A stretch of DNA of 64,000 nucleotides, from assembly GCA_043803385.1 (NCBI GenBank), contig JAZDKA010000041.1:19799-83798 (forward strand), read 5' to 3'. The stretch is from Patescibacteria group bacterium (GTDB lineage: Bacteria > Patescibacteriota > Minisyncoccia > Moranbacterales > JAKLHP01). The stretch's first letter is position 1. Every line of letters begins with the position of its first letter. The notes beneath the pieces are model-generated. The model saw only the letters and a program-made list of their open reading frames with translations. It ran no database searches and had not been told where the DNA came from. Both the position numbers and the translations under genes were made by a program. Positions 36,913 to 46,578 of this stretch are shown piece after piece.

Positions 36913-37825
36913 AGTATTCCTTTAATGCTTCTTTCCAGCTTCGAAGTGGGTTTAGTTTGGTATTTATCAAAACTGAAATTTCCGGTCTTTTGGCTGGCCT
37001 TTTGAGGTCTTTCGAAGCTATCGGAATAACTTTAGTTTTGACTTTCTTTAACTTATATAATTCTAACGCGGCTTGGTGCCATGTGCAAGCGCCGGAATTG
37101 GTAACGTGATAAATTCCAAAAGGTTTTTTGGCTTCAACTATTTCTTTAGTTTTTCGCGCCAAATCCGGCGCGTAAGTATAGCAGCTTATTTCATCGTTAA
37201 CTATTTTTACAGATTTATTTTTTCCCCCTAATTCTAGCATTACATCAAAAAAACTTTTTTTTGCTCCTTCGGCTTTGGCAGGTTTTCCGAATAATTTTGA
37301 AGTTCGGATAATATAATACTTCTTAGTGTTCTTTTGAACTTCTATTTCTCCCAAAAGTTTTGTTTTTCCGTATTTATTTATTGGTTTCGGCTTGTCGCTT
37401 TCCTTAAATCCTATTTCCGGCTGAAAATTAGCGTGAAGCATGCAGGAATGACAAGAATGAGCGCATCCCTCCGGCTCTTCTATTTTTGGCTTTCCGTCAA
37501 AAACATAATCAGTTGAATAATGAATGAACATTGCTCCGATTTTTTTGGCGATTTTAGCGAGATATCCTAGAGCCAATCCGTTTATTTTTTTGGCAATTTC
37601 AAACTCTTTTTTTTCTTCGCATTTATCCACAGCATTGTAAGCGGCGGAATTGATAATAATTTTAGGATTTATCACTTTAATTTTTTTGTGAACGGCCACT
37701 TCATTGGCAATATCCAAATCATCTTTGTCCCAAGCGATAACTTTGTAATCCTTATCAGACTTAAAGACAGAAACCAATTCCTGTCCCAGCATTCCTTTCG
37801 CGCCGATTATTAGTATCTTTGCCAT
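36890..37825 (-). CDS. rmlD: dTDP-4-dehydrorhamnose reductase
   Basis: Start taken at MAKILIIGAKGMLGQEL (Rossmann fold). Has YGKTKLLGE (YxxxK). The ORF-track N-terminal extension MVRDAH... is read-through into repeat B4. Confidence 0.75.
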   Translation of the reverse strand: MAKILIIGAKGMLGQELVSVFKSDKDYKVIAWDKDDLDIANEVAVHKKIKVINPKIIINSAAYNAVDKCEEKKEFEIAKKINGLALGYLAKIAKKIGAMFIHYSTDYVFDGKPKIEEPEGCAHSCHSCMLHANFQPEIGFKESDKPKPINKYGKTKLLGEIEVQKNTKKYYIIRTSKLFGKPAKAEGAKKSFFDVMLELGGKNKSVKIVNDEISCYTYAPDLARKTKEIVEAKKPFGIYHVTNSGACTWHQAALELYKLKKVKTKVIPIASKDLKRPAKRPEISVLINTKLNPLRSWKEALKEYLSSTNSE

Positions 37826-37984
37826 TTTTATCTTCGAGTGAAACGAGAAGCTATAAAAATGAGCATCCCGCACCAATTCTTTAAATTAAACTTTTTTATT
37901 ATTTGAGATTAAGCTGCAGGCGATTCCGCGGATATAGATTTTTAATATTGCATATATCTATATTCGGAATTTGGTGCGGGATTT
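37826..37984 (-). repeat. Family B MITE-like element copy B4
   Basis: gagcatcccgcaccaattc ... aggcgattccgcggata ... cggaatttggtgcggga. Confidence 0.8.
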
Positions 37985-37986
37985 CA

Positions 37987-38694
37987 TTATTCATTTATTA
38001 TTTTTTCTAAATATTCTTTAATTTTCAATTGCTCTTCGAATGAATTTTCCAGTTCAATGCTGATAATATCAGGCATATATTTCAGGTATTTTTTGATGTA
38101 GTTTAATTCTTTTAAATCATTCAGAGTGTGGATATCATATGATGGCTCACAATAAGTATATGGAAATAATTCTTTTGATACTCCAGATATATGGCAACAG
38201 CCAATCGGATATTTTTGTATTAGTTTCTCAAAATCAGCGTATTTTTTATTGTTCTTTTTAATTCCATTTTCCCAATGCGAGAAATCAATGCATAATCCAT
38301 TTCCCAGTGATGATATTTCATCTGAAATTGGCACAAAATCCGTATTTTCTAAATAAATTATATTTTTGTATTTAGAATAATCATAATTTACAGGAAATTC
38401 TTTGGGGGAATGAATATTGAAAACCGCTGTCTTAAATTTACTTACGAAATAATTTAATTCATCAACCGGCATATCATCTGGTCTTAAGTGCACATGCGGG
38501 ATTGATTCAATGCCGGTTTTTTCGAGTAAATTATATAGTTCTTTTCTTTCCTCGTTTTTTAAAAAAGTTGGAAAAAGAGCAAGTTCTTTAATATTAAATT
38601 TATCTATTTCTTTGATTTTTTCTCTCCAGTCCGATCCGGGAGTGGTCGTTAGCCCTAATAAAATTTTCTTTTGAGGCATAATAATATAAATCAC
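37987..38694 (-). CDS. Hypothetical protein inside the rml cluster
   Basis: A 235-aa ORF with no recognisable motif. Confidence 0.45.
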   Translation of the reverse strand: MIYIIMPQKKILLGLTTTPGSDWREKIKEIDKFNIKELALFPTFLKNEERKELYNLLEKTGIESIPHVHLRPDDMPVDELNYFVSKFKTAVFNIHSPKEFPVNYDYSKYKNIIYLENTDFVPISDEISSLGNGLCIDFSHWENGIKKNNKKYADFEKLIQKYPIGCCHISGVSKELFPYTYCEPSYDIHTLNDLKELNYIKKYLKYMPDIISIELENSFEEQLKIKEYLEKIINE

Positions 38695-38735
38695 TAATCT
38701 ACGCTAATTAACTTTCGAATTATCACGAATAATTT
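38688..38735 (+). repeat. Family G short repeat copy 2, followed by a perfect 14-bp palindrome ttattcagtatact/agtatactgaataa
   Basis: aaatcactaatctacgctaattaactttcgaattatcacgaataat. Confidence 0.55.
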
Positions 38736-38764
38736 ATTCAGTATACTAGTATACTGAATAAACA

Positions 38765-39775
38765 TTATCTGCTTACTTTTTCGTAATTCTCGACAAATCC
38801 TTTTCCGAGAAGTGGCCGCCACCAAAATTCATTATTTTTATACCATTCAACTATTTCGTCCATTCCTTTTTCAAAATCAATTTCCGGTTTCCATCCCAGT
38901 TCCTCTTGCATTTTTGTCGTATCAAGAAGATATCTCCTGTCGTGTCCCGGACGGTCTTCAATGTAAGTCTTTAGGCTTTCCGGCTTATTAAGTCTTTTCA
39001 ATACTGCTTCGGAAATTTCTTCTATGCTTTTTTCAATTCCGCTTCCAATATTATATGCCTCGCCTGCTTTTCCTTTGTGAATAATCAAATCTATCGCCCG
39101 GCAATGATCTTCCGTGTGAAGCCATTCCCTTCTGTTTAAACTGCTCTTGAATAATGGCAATTCCTTATTATCTATCGCGTTAGTAATGAAACGAGGGATT
39201 ATTTTTTCCGGAAATTGGTATGGCCCGTAATTATTTGAACAATGGCTGATAGTAACCGGAAGTTTAAATGTGTGAAAATACGCCATTACTTCGTGATTAG
39301 CTCCGGCTTTCGAAGAATTATAGGGAGTTTTTGGCATATATGGATCTGTTTCTTTAAATGCTCTGTTTTCATCCAGCGCTAAATCGCCAAAAACTTCGCA
39401 AGTGGAAATGTGATGAAATTTTTTGACTCCAACTTCTTTTGCGGCTTCAAGCAGCATTTGGGTTCCCAGCACATTTGTTTTAACAAAAATATCCGGCTCA
39501 ACCATCGCGCGGCCATTATGTGATTCAGCGGCAAAATTAACAATCACATCAATTTTTTCTTCCTTCAGTAAATTTTTATTATTTTCCAAATCTCCAATAT
39601 CCCCTTTCACGAATTTATAGTTCGGATTATTCTCGATATCTCTCAAATTTTCCAAATTTCCGGCGTAGGTCAAAATGTCAAGATTAACAACTTGGTAATC
39701 AGGGTATTTCTTGAGAATGTAATGGATAAAATTACTTCCAATAAAACCTGCGCCTCCGGTTATTAATAATTTCAT
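38765..39775 (-). CDS. rmlB: dTDP-glucose 4,6-dehydratase
   Basis: MKLLITGGAGFIGSNF and the YNSSKAGANHEV (YxxxK) motif. Confidence 0.85.
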   Translation of the reverse strand: MKLLITGGAGFIGSNFIHYILKKYPDYQVVNLDILTYAGNLENLRDIENNPNYKFVKGDIGDLENNKNLLKEEKIDVIVNFAAESHNGRAMVEPDIFVKTNVLGTQMLLEAAKEVGVKKFHHISTCEVFGDLALDENRAFKETDPYMPKTPYNSSKAGANHEVMAYFHTFKLPVTISHCSNNYGPYQFPEKIIPRFITNAIDNKELPLFKSSLNRREWLHTEDHCRAIDLIIHKGKAGEAYNIGSGIEKSIEEISEAVLKRLNKPESLKTYIEDRPGHDRRYLLDTTKMQEELGWKPEIDFEKGMDEIVEWYKNNEFWWRPLLGKGFVENYEKVSR

Positions 39776-39834
39776 GAAGCATGGAACATAGAGCATGGAA
39801 CATTTTTATTTTGTTTCATGTTTTATGCTATGTG

Positions 39835-40284
39835 TTATATAATTTTGAATGGCGAATTAGGATCTTTTTCCCATCTGATTTCATCCACTTCTTCTTTTTT
39901 GCTCCTGCCTTTGTATAATTTGTCAGGAAAATTGACGCAATAGCCGGGAGTTTCGGAAACGCATTTGTAGCCGTGGACAACTCCGGGCGGAACAATAGCC
40001 AGAGTAGGATTATTTTCTCCCACTTCTATTTTCACATATTCTCCTTTAGTCGGGCTATTTTCGCGGTTATCCCAAAGATGAAGTTCGAAATTTCCCGGTC
40101 CGGCAAAAGCGAAACAATCGGATTGCTTTTTGTGTTCGTGCGGCCCGCGATACATTCCCGGATTAGTCATGCTCACATAACTCATTACGGGTGCATATTC
40201 CGCTTCATCGCTTCGAAAAATTTCCGAAAGCCAGCCTCTCTTATCTTCGAATTTTGTTAATTTTTTTATTATTAGTCCTTTCAT
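39835..40284 (-). CDS. rmlC: dTDP-4-dehydrorhamnose 3,5-epimerase-like cupin
   Basis: FEDKRGWLSEIFR... and a conserved His/Tyr region HGYKCVSETP. Length 149 aa. Confidence 0.65.
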   Translation of the reverse strand: MKGLIIKKLTKFEDKRGWLSEIFRSDEAEYAPVMSYVSMTNPGMYRGPHEHKKQSDCFAFAGPGNFELHLWDNRENSPTKGEYVKIEVGENNPTLAIVPPGVVHGYKCVSETPGYCVNFPDKLYKGRSKKEEVDEIRWEKDPNSPFKII

Positions 40285-40499
40285 ATTGGCATGGTTAGCA
40301 TAATTATACAGTAATGTTAATATAATTTAGCCAAAAAGGCAAAATTTAAGAAAATTAAACAAAAAATTAATAGTGAACATTTATTGCGTACGCAATAAAA
40401 ATACGGTATCTTATAAAATATGTGTAGGATAAAAAAAGTGGGCAGGTTCGAGTTAGTTTTCGAAACTGTCCGCATTTTCTCCCTTTTTCGAGTATCTTA

Positions 40500-40862
40500 T
40501 CACGGAATATGGACAAACTGAATGTGATAAGCGTATTCTTTGTCTCCTTTTCGGATGATGGTCAGATCTTTTTGCCTGGATAGTAACTCGATATTATAAC
40601 GAGGATCACTATGCCCCACGAGAAAAATGTACTCCTCATCTACAAAATCAACCATCATGAACAGCCTTTTGGGATGAAGCTTTATTAAATCTCCTCTCGA
40701 GAGCTGTTTTAGCGTATTTGCCAGTTGAGTTGCTTGAGTTTTTTCTTCTGCAGTCGCCTTTTCTTTCCAATTTGGAATAGTGAACTGTAAGACTACAATA
40801 CCAACCAAAAGAATACCAAGAATTACTAAAAGAACAGTAGACATTACTTTCTTTGTGTTCAT
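40500..40862 (-). CDS. Hypothetical membrane-anchored small protein
   Basis: A 120-aa protein with a single N-terminal TM segment. Confidence 0.45.
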   Translation of the reverse strand: MNTKKVMSTVLLVILGILLVGIVVLQFTIPNWKEKATAEEKTQATQLANTLKQLSRGDLIKLHPKRLFMMVDFVDEEYIFLVGHSDPRYNIELLSRQKDLTIIRKGDKEYAYHIQFVHIP

Positions 40863-40930
40863 ACTAAACCTCCTCGCATTGTATTTTTTATTTTATTTCA
40901 CCTGAAACTATATCTAAAATCATTATAAAT

Positions 40931-41926
40931 CTATAATTCACCTTTTAAAAGCTGATTTAATCTTTTCTTTAATTCCTCCTGTGTCGGTTCACGGTGAAAA
41001 TTAACAGATTCTTTCTTGCTTGCCGCAGTTTGTTTTTCGGGCTTTATTTCTTCTTTAATTTCTCGTTGTTCAGCAATACTTTCCTTAACAGGCTTTGCGT
41101 TTTTAATTATGTTATTTCTAAAATATTCTTCATCAATAAAGGGCAAGTTTCCCGGAACATTGGAAACTCCCGGAAGATTTTCTGGCGCGGAAGAAATTTT
41201 GGCCGGAATTTTAGGTTTTGTTTCTTCCGGCTTTTTTTCTTGAGTTTCAGGAAGTTTTTCAAGCTCTTTGAAATAGTTTTCTTCCACCGGAATTTCTATT
41301 TTCGGCTTTTTCCCAAAATCAAATTTAGGAAAACTAATTTTTATTTCCCGGCTTTTTTGCAGGAAATAGCTTGAGATAAAACCTAAAATAAAAGAAATCC
41401 CGGTTCCGATGGCAAGGCTTATTAAAATTGCCAAAACCCAGTTATCAAATGCCGGCCGGACAGCCGGCTCTTCAATTATTCGAAGGTCAACATCATTTTT
41501 AATGTCATAATAAAAACTCACAACGCTGAAAAGCGTAGAAACAGTTGCGTTGGAAATTAATTTAGCCTCGCCGGGACTCTGGGAAACGGCGGTTATTTTT
41601 ACTATCGAACTTTTCTTTTCCTTTTTGGCTTTAATCATTTCGTCCCATAACTTTTTTCTTTTATTATCAGAAAGGCCGGAAAATTTGTCCTCCAGTTTGT
41701 TATCCTTTATCAGTTTTTCATAGAAAGACAGCTTTGTCGGGAAAACTTCCAAATTTCCAATTATATTTCCCGAATCTGAAGCAGCCTTTTCGCTTTTAGG
41801 AATGAAAATAATTGAAATTTCCGATTCATAATTCCGGTAATTTCCCAGAATAAAAAGAAAGGCAACCGCTGAAAGTATCAAGGATATCAGTATTAATGAT
41901 AATTTATTTCTAAACATAAGATTCAA
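40931..41926 (-). CDS. Wzz-like polysaccharide co-polymerase (chain-length determinant) with Lys/Pro/Glu-rich C-terminal tail
   Basis: Two TM segments flank a soluble domain. Has the EPAVRPAFDNW...AILISLAIGTGISF proline/glycine motif before TM2. Confidence 0.5.
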   Translation of the reverse strand: MNLMFRNKLSLILISLILSAVAFLFILGNYRNYESEISIIFIPKSEKAASDSGNIIGNLEVFPTKLSFYEKLIKDNKLEDKFSGLSDNKRKKLWDEMIKAKKEKKSSIVKITAVSQSPGEAKLISNATVSTLFSVVSFYYDIKNDVDLRIIEEPAVRPAFDNWVLAILISLAIGTGISFILGFISSYFLQKSREIKISFPKFDFGKKPKIEIPVEENYFKELEKLPETQEKKPEETKPKIPAKISSAPENLPGVSNVPGNLPFIDEEYFRNNIIKNAKPVKESIAEQREIKEEIKPEKQTAASKKESVNFHREPTQEELKKRLNQLLKGEL

Positions 41927-43088
41927 CTTTTTTACTTAATGCATTTAATTTTTTCTTTTCTTTGCTTTCCGCTGCCAGTTCGTATATCCGGAGAGTTTTT
42001 CTGGTAATTGAATCCCAGCTGAATTGCTTTTGGATTCTTTCCCTGGCCATTCTTCCCATTTTTTGGGTCTCAAGAGGCTTGTTTAAAATATATGACATTA
42101 CTTCTTTGGTATTTTCGAGGCTGCTGGAATTAAAAACGAATCCGCATTTTCCAACAGTTTCCAGATTGCTATGGCTTCCGCAAACCAATGGCGCCGTTTT
42201 CGAGTTCATTGCTTCGATAAGCCTCATAGGAATTTCCTCGCTGCTGGAAGGCTGGATGAAAAGATAGGCATGGGACAGAAGCTGTTCTGCTGAAGAGCGG
42301 TTTTGTTTTTCGGTAAAAATAATGCTATTTCTTCCCTTGATTATTTTTTTGATAAAAGTTTTTTGTTTGCTGTTTAGAAGCGCGTCCCCCAAAAGCAAAA
42401 GCTTGAATCCGTTGGCAATTTTACTGGTGTCTTCTATTTTCTTGAAAGCGCTGATTATCTTTTCTACTGCTTCGCTGACTTCCGGCTTTATTTCCATCAC
42501 TATATATTTTTTCTCCTTGAGTTCCCAGCGTTCCAGCGACTTTGTTCCGGCGTCATATTTCAAAGATGGTCCGGTTGGGATATGGATGATGTTTCTTCTG
42601 TATTGGCTAAGCGCGTATCTTTTCAAAACTTTACTAGTAGTGATGATCCTTTCTGAAATGTCAAAAAATATTTTTTCCGATAACTTGATAATTTTTTTCT
42701 CAAGCCGCCCCCTATTTTCCTGGAGATAATTCCGGCTGTGAAAAGTCGAAATGAAAGCTGTTTTTCTTTTTAGCAGTTTTAGGATAATTCCAAAAAAAGA
42801 AGATTCAATTCCCTGAAAATGGATAACATCGTATTTTTTGAAAATAATTTTGAAAGTAGTGAACAGAAAATGGCTGGCTCTTTTCATTTTTCTTGATCCA
42901 AATCCGGAAACGCGGACGAACTTTACTCCTTCTGATTCAAAAAAATCTTTGCCATTGTGGCATTTTTCGACATAGGAAAAAACGTCGTGTCCCCTTTCGG
43001 CGAGGCGAATCGCCAGTTCTTCAATATATCTGTCGATTTCCCGGCTAGTGGCGGGAAATTCCTTTTGTCCGATAAAGGCAATGCGCAT
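41910..43088 (-). CDS. Glycosyltransferase family 4 (GT1 fold)
   Basis: MRIAFIGQKEFPATSREIDRYIEELAIRLAERGHDV (GT4 N-terminus) and a C-terminal E..E motif region. Confidence 0.75.
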   Translation of the reverse strand: MRIAFIGQKEFPATSREIDRYIEELAIRLAERGHDVFSYVEKCHNGKDFFESEGVKFVRVSGFGSRKMKRASHFLFTTFKIIFKKYDVIHFQGIESSFFGIILKLLKRKTAFISTFHSRNYLQENRGRLEKKIIKLSEKIFFDISERIITTSKVLKRYALSQYRRNIIHIPTGPSLKYDAGTKSLERWELKEKKYIVMEIKPEVSEAVEKIISAFKKIEDTSKIANGFKLLLLGDALLNSKQKTFIKKIIKGRNSIIFTEKQNRSSAEQLLSHAYLFIQPSSSEEIPMRLIEAMNSKTAPLVCGSHSNLETVGKCGFVFNSSSLENTKEVMSYILNKPLETQKMGRMARERIQKQFSWDSITRKTLRIYELAAESKEKKKLNALSKKVESYV

Positions 43089-43239
43089 AAAACCGATGCG
43101 AATCTACGAATTAAATGCGAATCTACGAAATGTATGAATCGCGAAGTTGACTTAGTAATCTAGCAAAGATGAGTTATATTGTCAATGTTTTTAGGCTTCA
43201 ATAATATTCGGATAGTTTTAATTTATAAATTTCATAAAT

Positions 43240-43284
43240 CAGACAATTACTTTGATACTTTCGAGTATCAAAGTAATTGTCTGA
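43240..43284. repeat. Perfect 20-bp-stem hairpin (cagacaattactttgatact-ttcg-agtatcaaagtaattgtctg)
   Basis: Seen directly in sequence. Tetraloop ttcg. Confidence 0.8.
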
Positions 43285-43625
43285 TAGTGATAAAATAGAT
43301 TTGAAAGGTTAGCTTAGGATAAATTAAAATTTCGTGGAGTATGCATAAATTAAAAGCGGGTAGTGCTCGATGGCTCTACCCGCGGTATTTCTATGACTTT
43401 CACCTCTCGTTTGAAAGGATTTTTTTCGAGTTTAAGTTTTGAATCTTTGAATTTTGATAAAAATCTAAACTAACTGCAATACTTTCTGCCCACGGATGTG
43501 GAATAGATTGTATATCAGACCTCCTAAGGGAGAATCTAGTGCATGCTTGAAAACTCCAAGGAGTATTTCAAGATATCACCTACCAAGGTAGAGTGATATT
43601 AAGCTAGAAGAACTTAAGATATTGG

Positions 43626-43660
43626 GGAATCCAGACTGTTTTCAATCTGGACTCCCCCTT
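43626..43660. terminator. Hairpin ggggaatccagact...atctggactcccc + T-run, at the junction with the foreign-like island
   Basis: On the plus strand it is followed by tttctgttt. It lies immediately 3' of the minus-strand gene 43666-44664. Confidence 0.5.
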
Positions 43661-43665
43661 TCTGT

Positions 43666-44664
43666 TTAACCGATGATCTGAACTTCCGCATCATGACCGC
43701 CTGCCAGATGTGAGAAAAGTGCCTGTTGCTGACGGGAATGCAGGTCTGCCTTGCCCTCATATTCACCCATGAGGAACTTCATGGCAGTGGTTCTGCAATC
43801 GTTGTACGCCTTTGTGAAATTGTCCGTATGCTTCCGTTCTATTTCCGACGGAAACGGAACTTCGGCAATACCTTCACTGGGCACATAGGTTGTGATGTAA
43901 TATCCGTCTATAATGCGTGGCCGTACAATTGCTGTGCGACCATTGTAGCTTACCCTTACCGTAAGCGGTTTGAGTCTTTTTACTTCCTCTGCCGTTTTTG
44001 ACGGCAGCGTATTCACGGTATAAATTGTTTCGGCATGATTCTGAGCGATTTGTTCGCCCAGTCCGGTAATCGCGGTCTGGATTTCTCCCAAATTACGATT
44101 AGTCGCTTGCTGTCGTCTTTCCCCGTCCTGCCTGCGTCTTTCGTCCTGGCGCCGGTTATAAAGAATATATGCGCCGAGACCAAGGAAGCCGAAGATCAAA
44201 ATTGCTGCCATTATCCGGAAGTTTTTGACAATCATGTCGGATACGTTTCCGAGTCTTTCGTAGAGCCAATCAATGTTGCTCGCATTGACTCTATTGGCTT
44301 CCGTATTTTTGATAACAGCGTCTGCGAGCTTATCCACTGATTTCATCGCAGACTTGTGTACCTCCAGGGCAGCTGCATTCGCTCCTTCGACGGCAACTTT
44401 TATTTTTTTGTCGAGAGCATTAAACGCTCCCTCAACCTTGCCGTCCTTGCTTCCGAGGAGTTTCTTCTCGAGACCGTAGACGCTCCCGACTTTCTTCTGG
44501 ACCGCTTTCGCAATCCCCTCCTCGGTAATCTGAGCCGGCTGAGCCGACTGTCCGGCAACGGACGTGTTGCTGTCAACCTGCGGTACTTTAATTTCCGCTT
44601 GTGCCGTGAAAGACACAAGCACCAATGTCAAGATGGCCATAATGGCCAGAATTTTTGTTCTCAT
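43666..44664 (-). CDS. Hypothetical secreted/membrane protein, foreign-looking (GC ~50%, strong SD)
   Basis: Signal peptide, a central TM segment, and an RRQDERRRQDGERRQ stretch. Preceded by AAGGAGGCATCG-ATG. Confidence 0.55.
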   Translation of the reverse strand: MRTKILAIMAILTLVLVSFTAQAEIKVPQVDSNTSVAGQSAQPAQITEEGIAKAVQKKVGSVYGLEKKLLGSKDGKVEGAFNALDKKIKVAVEGANAAALEVHKSAMKSVDKLADAVIKNTEANRVNASNIDWLYERLGNVSDMIVKNFRIMAAILIFGFLGLGAYILYNRRQDERRRQDGERRQQATNRNLGEIQTAITGLGEQIAQNHAETIYTVNTLPSKTAEEVKRLKPLTVRVSYNGRTAIVRPRIIDGYYITTYVPSEGIAEVPFPSEIERKHTDNFTKAYNDCRTTAMKFLMGEYEGKADLHSRQQQALFSHLAGGHDAEVQIIG

Positions 44665-44674
44665 CGATGCCTCC

Positions 44675-46087
44675 TTATCGTTTGAGTTCTTCGTATTTAT
44701 CAGGAATAGAATCTAGCTTCTTCTCCTGCCCGTGCCTTATCGCTATCTCTTTCCCTTTGAGTTCGAGAATGGCCAAAGCCCAGTTGTAGCGGACCTTGTA
44801 AATGACATTCTGCGCCCCACTCAGGGTTGAGGTTTTGATGTGCTTCTTGGTTTTGGGGTCTTTCTTTGACTCATGGCCATTATTGAAATCCCGTTCGGCA
44901 ATCTCATACTGTTTGATTGCTTTTTCAAGAAGCTCCTTGTTGGTTCTGCCAGTGCAGAAATACCAATCAAGGTAAGCATCTCCGTATTCCTTCCGGAGCC
45001 GTTCGTTGTTATAGGAAGGTGTATCGCAGAATAGCGTACCTTCCTCCATTTCCTTGATCTTTTCGATATAAATTGATGGATTGCAGACTGGCTTCGGTGG
45101 CTCGACTTTCGGTGGCGGACATGGTTCCGGCTTTTTTTCCACAATCACTACTTTAGTTTTTGGTGGAGGAGGCGGACTGCAAATATCCACACCGTTTGGC
45201 GGCGTAGTCGGTCCATCATTAAGAGCTAGAACCATCCAGTCATATGCCGTATCGACATATGCTTCGGTCGTTCCGATTAATCCGCCGAGTGACATAGCTA
45301 CTGCCGTGTCGTCCGGCGAACCAAACAGTTTTGCTCCGGCTGCTCCAGATCCAATTGAGAACCCGGAATTTTTCGGGTCTCTGCGCATCCTGTAGAATGC
45401 AAAGACCCGGCTGGTATTGGTCGTCGCCTTAGCTTCCGCCAAGCAACGTCCCAATGCCGCTCCTTTCGGCCACCCATAGTAACCCTCGCATTCGAACTCA
45501 CCTAAGAGTTGGTCACTCGGATAAATCATAGATGAATCCCAATTCAGGATCACCACAGGTTTGTTATCCGAGTTTCCATTGAATGGCACATGAATAACTT
45601 TTTTCACTTCACCTGAAAAGAGCTTGTGAAAAAATCCGCCTTTCCGGTCCGAGAACGAACCGGAACTTCCTGTGTTGCTAAGTCGCTCTTTGGTATAAAT
45701 CCGATAGAGCGGCTGGCATAAGAAAGGTTTCCAACCGTCAACAGTCGGAAAGAGTGGAGCTCCGACGAAACTTCCTACGGGACCAGGTAACGCAGTGATA
45801 TGTTCCCGCTTATCTTCACTGACATATGTGTTAGTCAGCGAATTATCTGCGGAAGAATTTCCGCTGGTGGCATTTGCGTTGCCACCCTTTCCACCAATAC
45901 CAATAGCAGTCTGTTTCTGCTGTTGGTCTTGATTTTGCTTTTGATTCTGATCCTGCGTGGCGTTTCCGCCGGTTGATGTCGCAGTATTCGAGTTTGAATT
46001 ATCAACATTCGTGCTGACGTCTGCCAACACTGGTCCTGTAAAAATCAGGACCGCCAATGCCATAAATACTACAAAAACTGTCTTCAT
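44675..46087 (-). CDS. Hypothetical secreted protein, foreign-looking. Its N-terminal module matches that of the LPXTG protein at 47450-47995.
   Basis: Signal peptide. ADVSTNVDNSNSNTATSTGGNATQ matches ADVNVSVKNTNKNTATATGGTATQ. A proline-rich PPPPKTKVV...PEPCPPPKVEPPKP segment. Preceded by GGAGGTGCAAT-ATG. Confidence 0.55.
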   Translation of the reverse strand: MKTVFVVFMALAVLIFTGPVLADVSTNVDNSNSNTATSTGGNATQDQNQKQNQDQQQKQTAIGIGGKGGNANATSGNSSADNSLTNTYVSEDKREHITALPGPVGSFVGAPLFPTVDGWKPFLCQPLYRIYTKERLSNTGSSGSFSDRKGGFFHKLFSGEVKKVIHVPFNGNSDNKPVVILNWDSSMIYPSDQLLGEFECEGYYGWPKGAALGRCLAEAKATTNTSRVFAFYRMRRDPKNSGFSIGSGAAGAKLFGSPDDTAVAMSLGGLIGTTEAYVDTAYDWMVLALNDGPTTPPNGVDICSPPPPPKTKVVIVEKKPEPCPPPKVEPPKPVCNPSIYIEKIKEMEEGTLFCDTPSYNNERLRKEYGDAYLDWYFCTGRTNKELLEKAIKQYEIAERDFNNGHESKKDPKTKKHIKTSTLSGAQNVIYKVRYNWALAILELKGKEIAIRHGQEKKLDSIPDKYEELKR

Positions 46088-46283
46088 ATTGCACCTCCGT
46101 GCTGTATTTTTTGATTCTTTTTCCCTATATGAAACCGACTAGGTCGGTTATCTAAATTGTTAAAAAACATTCTTATCTATATTTTTATCCTCCTCCCATT
46201 TTAAGCAAAGTGTTAAGTAAACTATTACTTAAAACGGCAGAGGGACAATGGAATCAATCAGCGCCAGGCGCTGAACATGATTT

Positions 46284-46433
46284 TTATTGAGCCTCTAAAC
46301 TTAGAATATTTTCCTCTAATCTTTTTATCTCATTTTCAGCTAAATCAGCCTCTTTCCAATCCCCATTAAGGAACTGATTGGCTTGAAAAGCTATAAGATA
46401 TTCCAGTTTTTTCAGTAATTCAAATTTAGACAT
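46284..46433 (-). CDS. Possible small protein (49 aa) MSKFELLKKLEYLIAFQANQFLNGDWKEADLAENEIKRLEENILSLEAQ
   Basis: An ATG-initiated ORF below the ORF-track size cutoff, with host-like composition. Confidence 0.25.
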   Translation of the reverse strand: MSKFELLKKLEYLIAFQANQFLNGDWKEADLAENEIKRLEENILSLEAQ

Positions 46434-46492
46434 ATATTTAGGGTTAATTTTTATGGTATTTTCAGAACCTCGTATTCTAGCAGATAACTACA

Positions 46493-46575
46493 GTTCTGTC
46501 AACCCCGCACTAACTTTTTGCTGGCGTAGCCGATTTAGCGCTTTGCGCTTGCAAAAAGTTAGTGCGGGGCAAGTC
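46493..46575. repeat. Family E long-stem hairpin repeat (tgtcaaCCCCGCACTAACTTT...AAAGTTAGTGCGGGGcaag), copy 1; likely bidirectional terminator
   Basis: A 19-bp stem, T-rich on both sides. It is 3' of the sortase gene. Copy 2 is at 55381-55466. Confidence 0.75.
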
Positions 46576-46578
46576 TTT

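Noticed and set aside
36890-37876. N-terminal extensions MVRDAHFYSFSFHSKIK (rmlD), MMRDAHNCSFSLRSKTI (PpiC) and MLIFVAARTSQTK (pyrH) given by the ORF track
   Set aside because: These are read-through translations of family B repeat DNA (the near-identical peptides come from the repeat). Genuine starts are the conserved MAK.../MKG... codons immediately after the element.
43290-43665. tmRNA, tRNA or RNase P RNA in the structured gene-free region
   Set aside because: There is no GTTCRANYC T-loop, no CCA-adjacent acceptor stem, no tmRNA tag-peptide frame and no P4 GGAAAGUCCGG-type motif. It is kept only as a generic ncRNA candidate.
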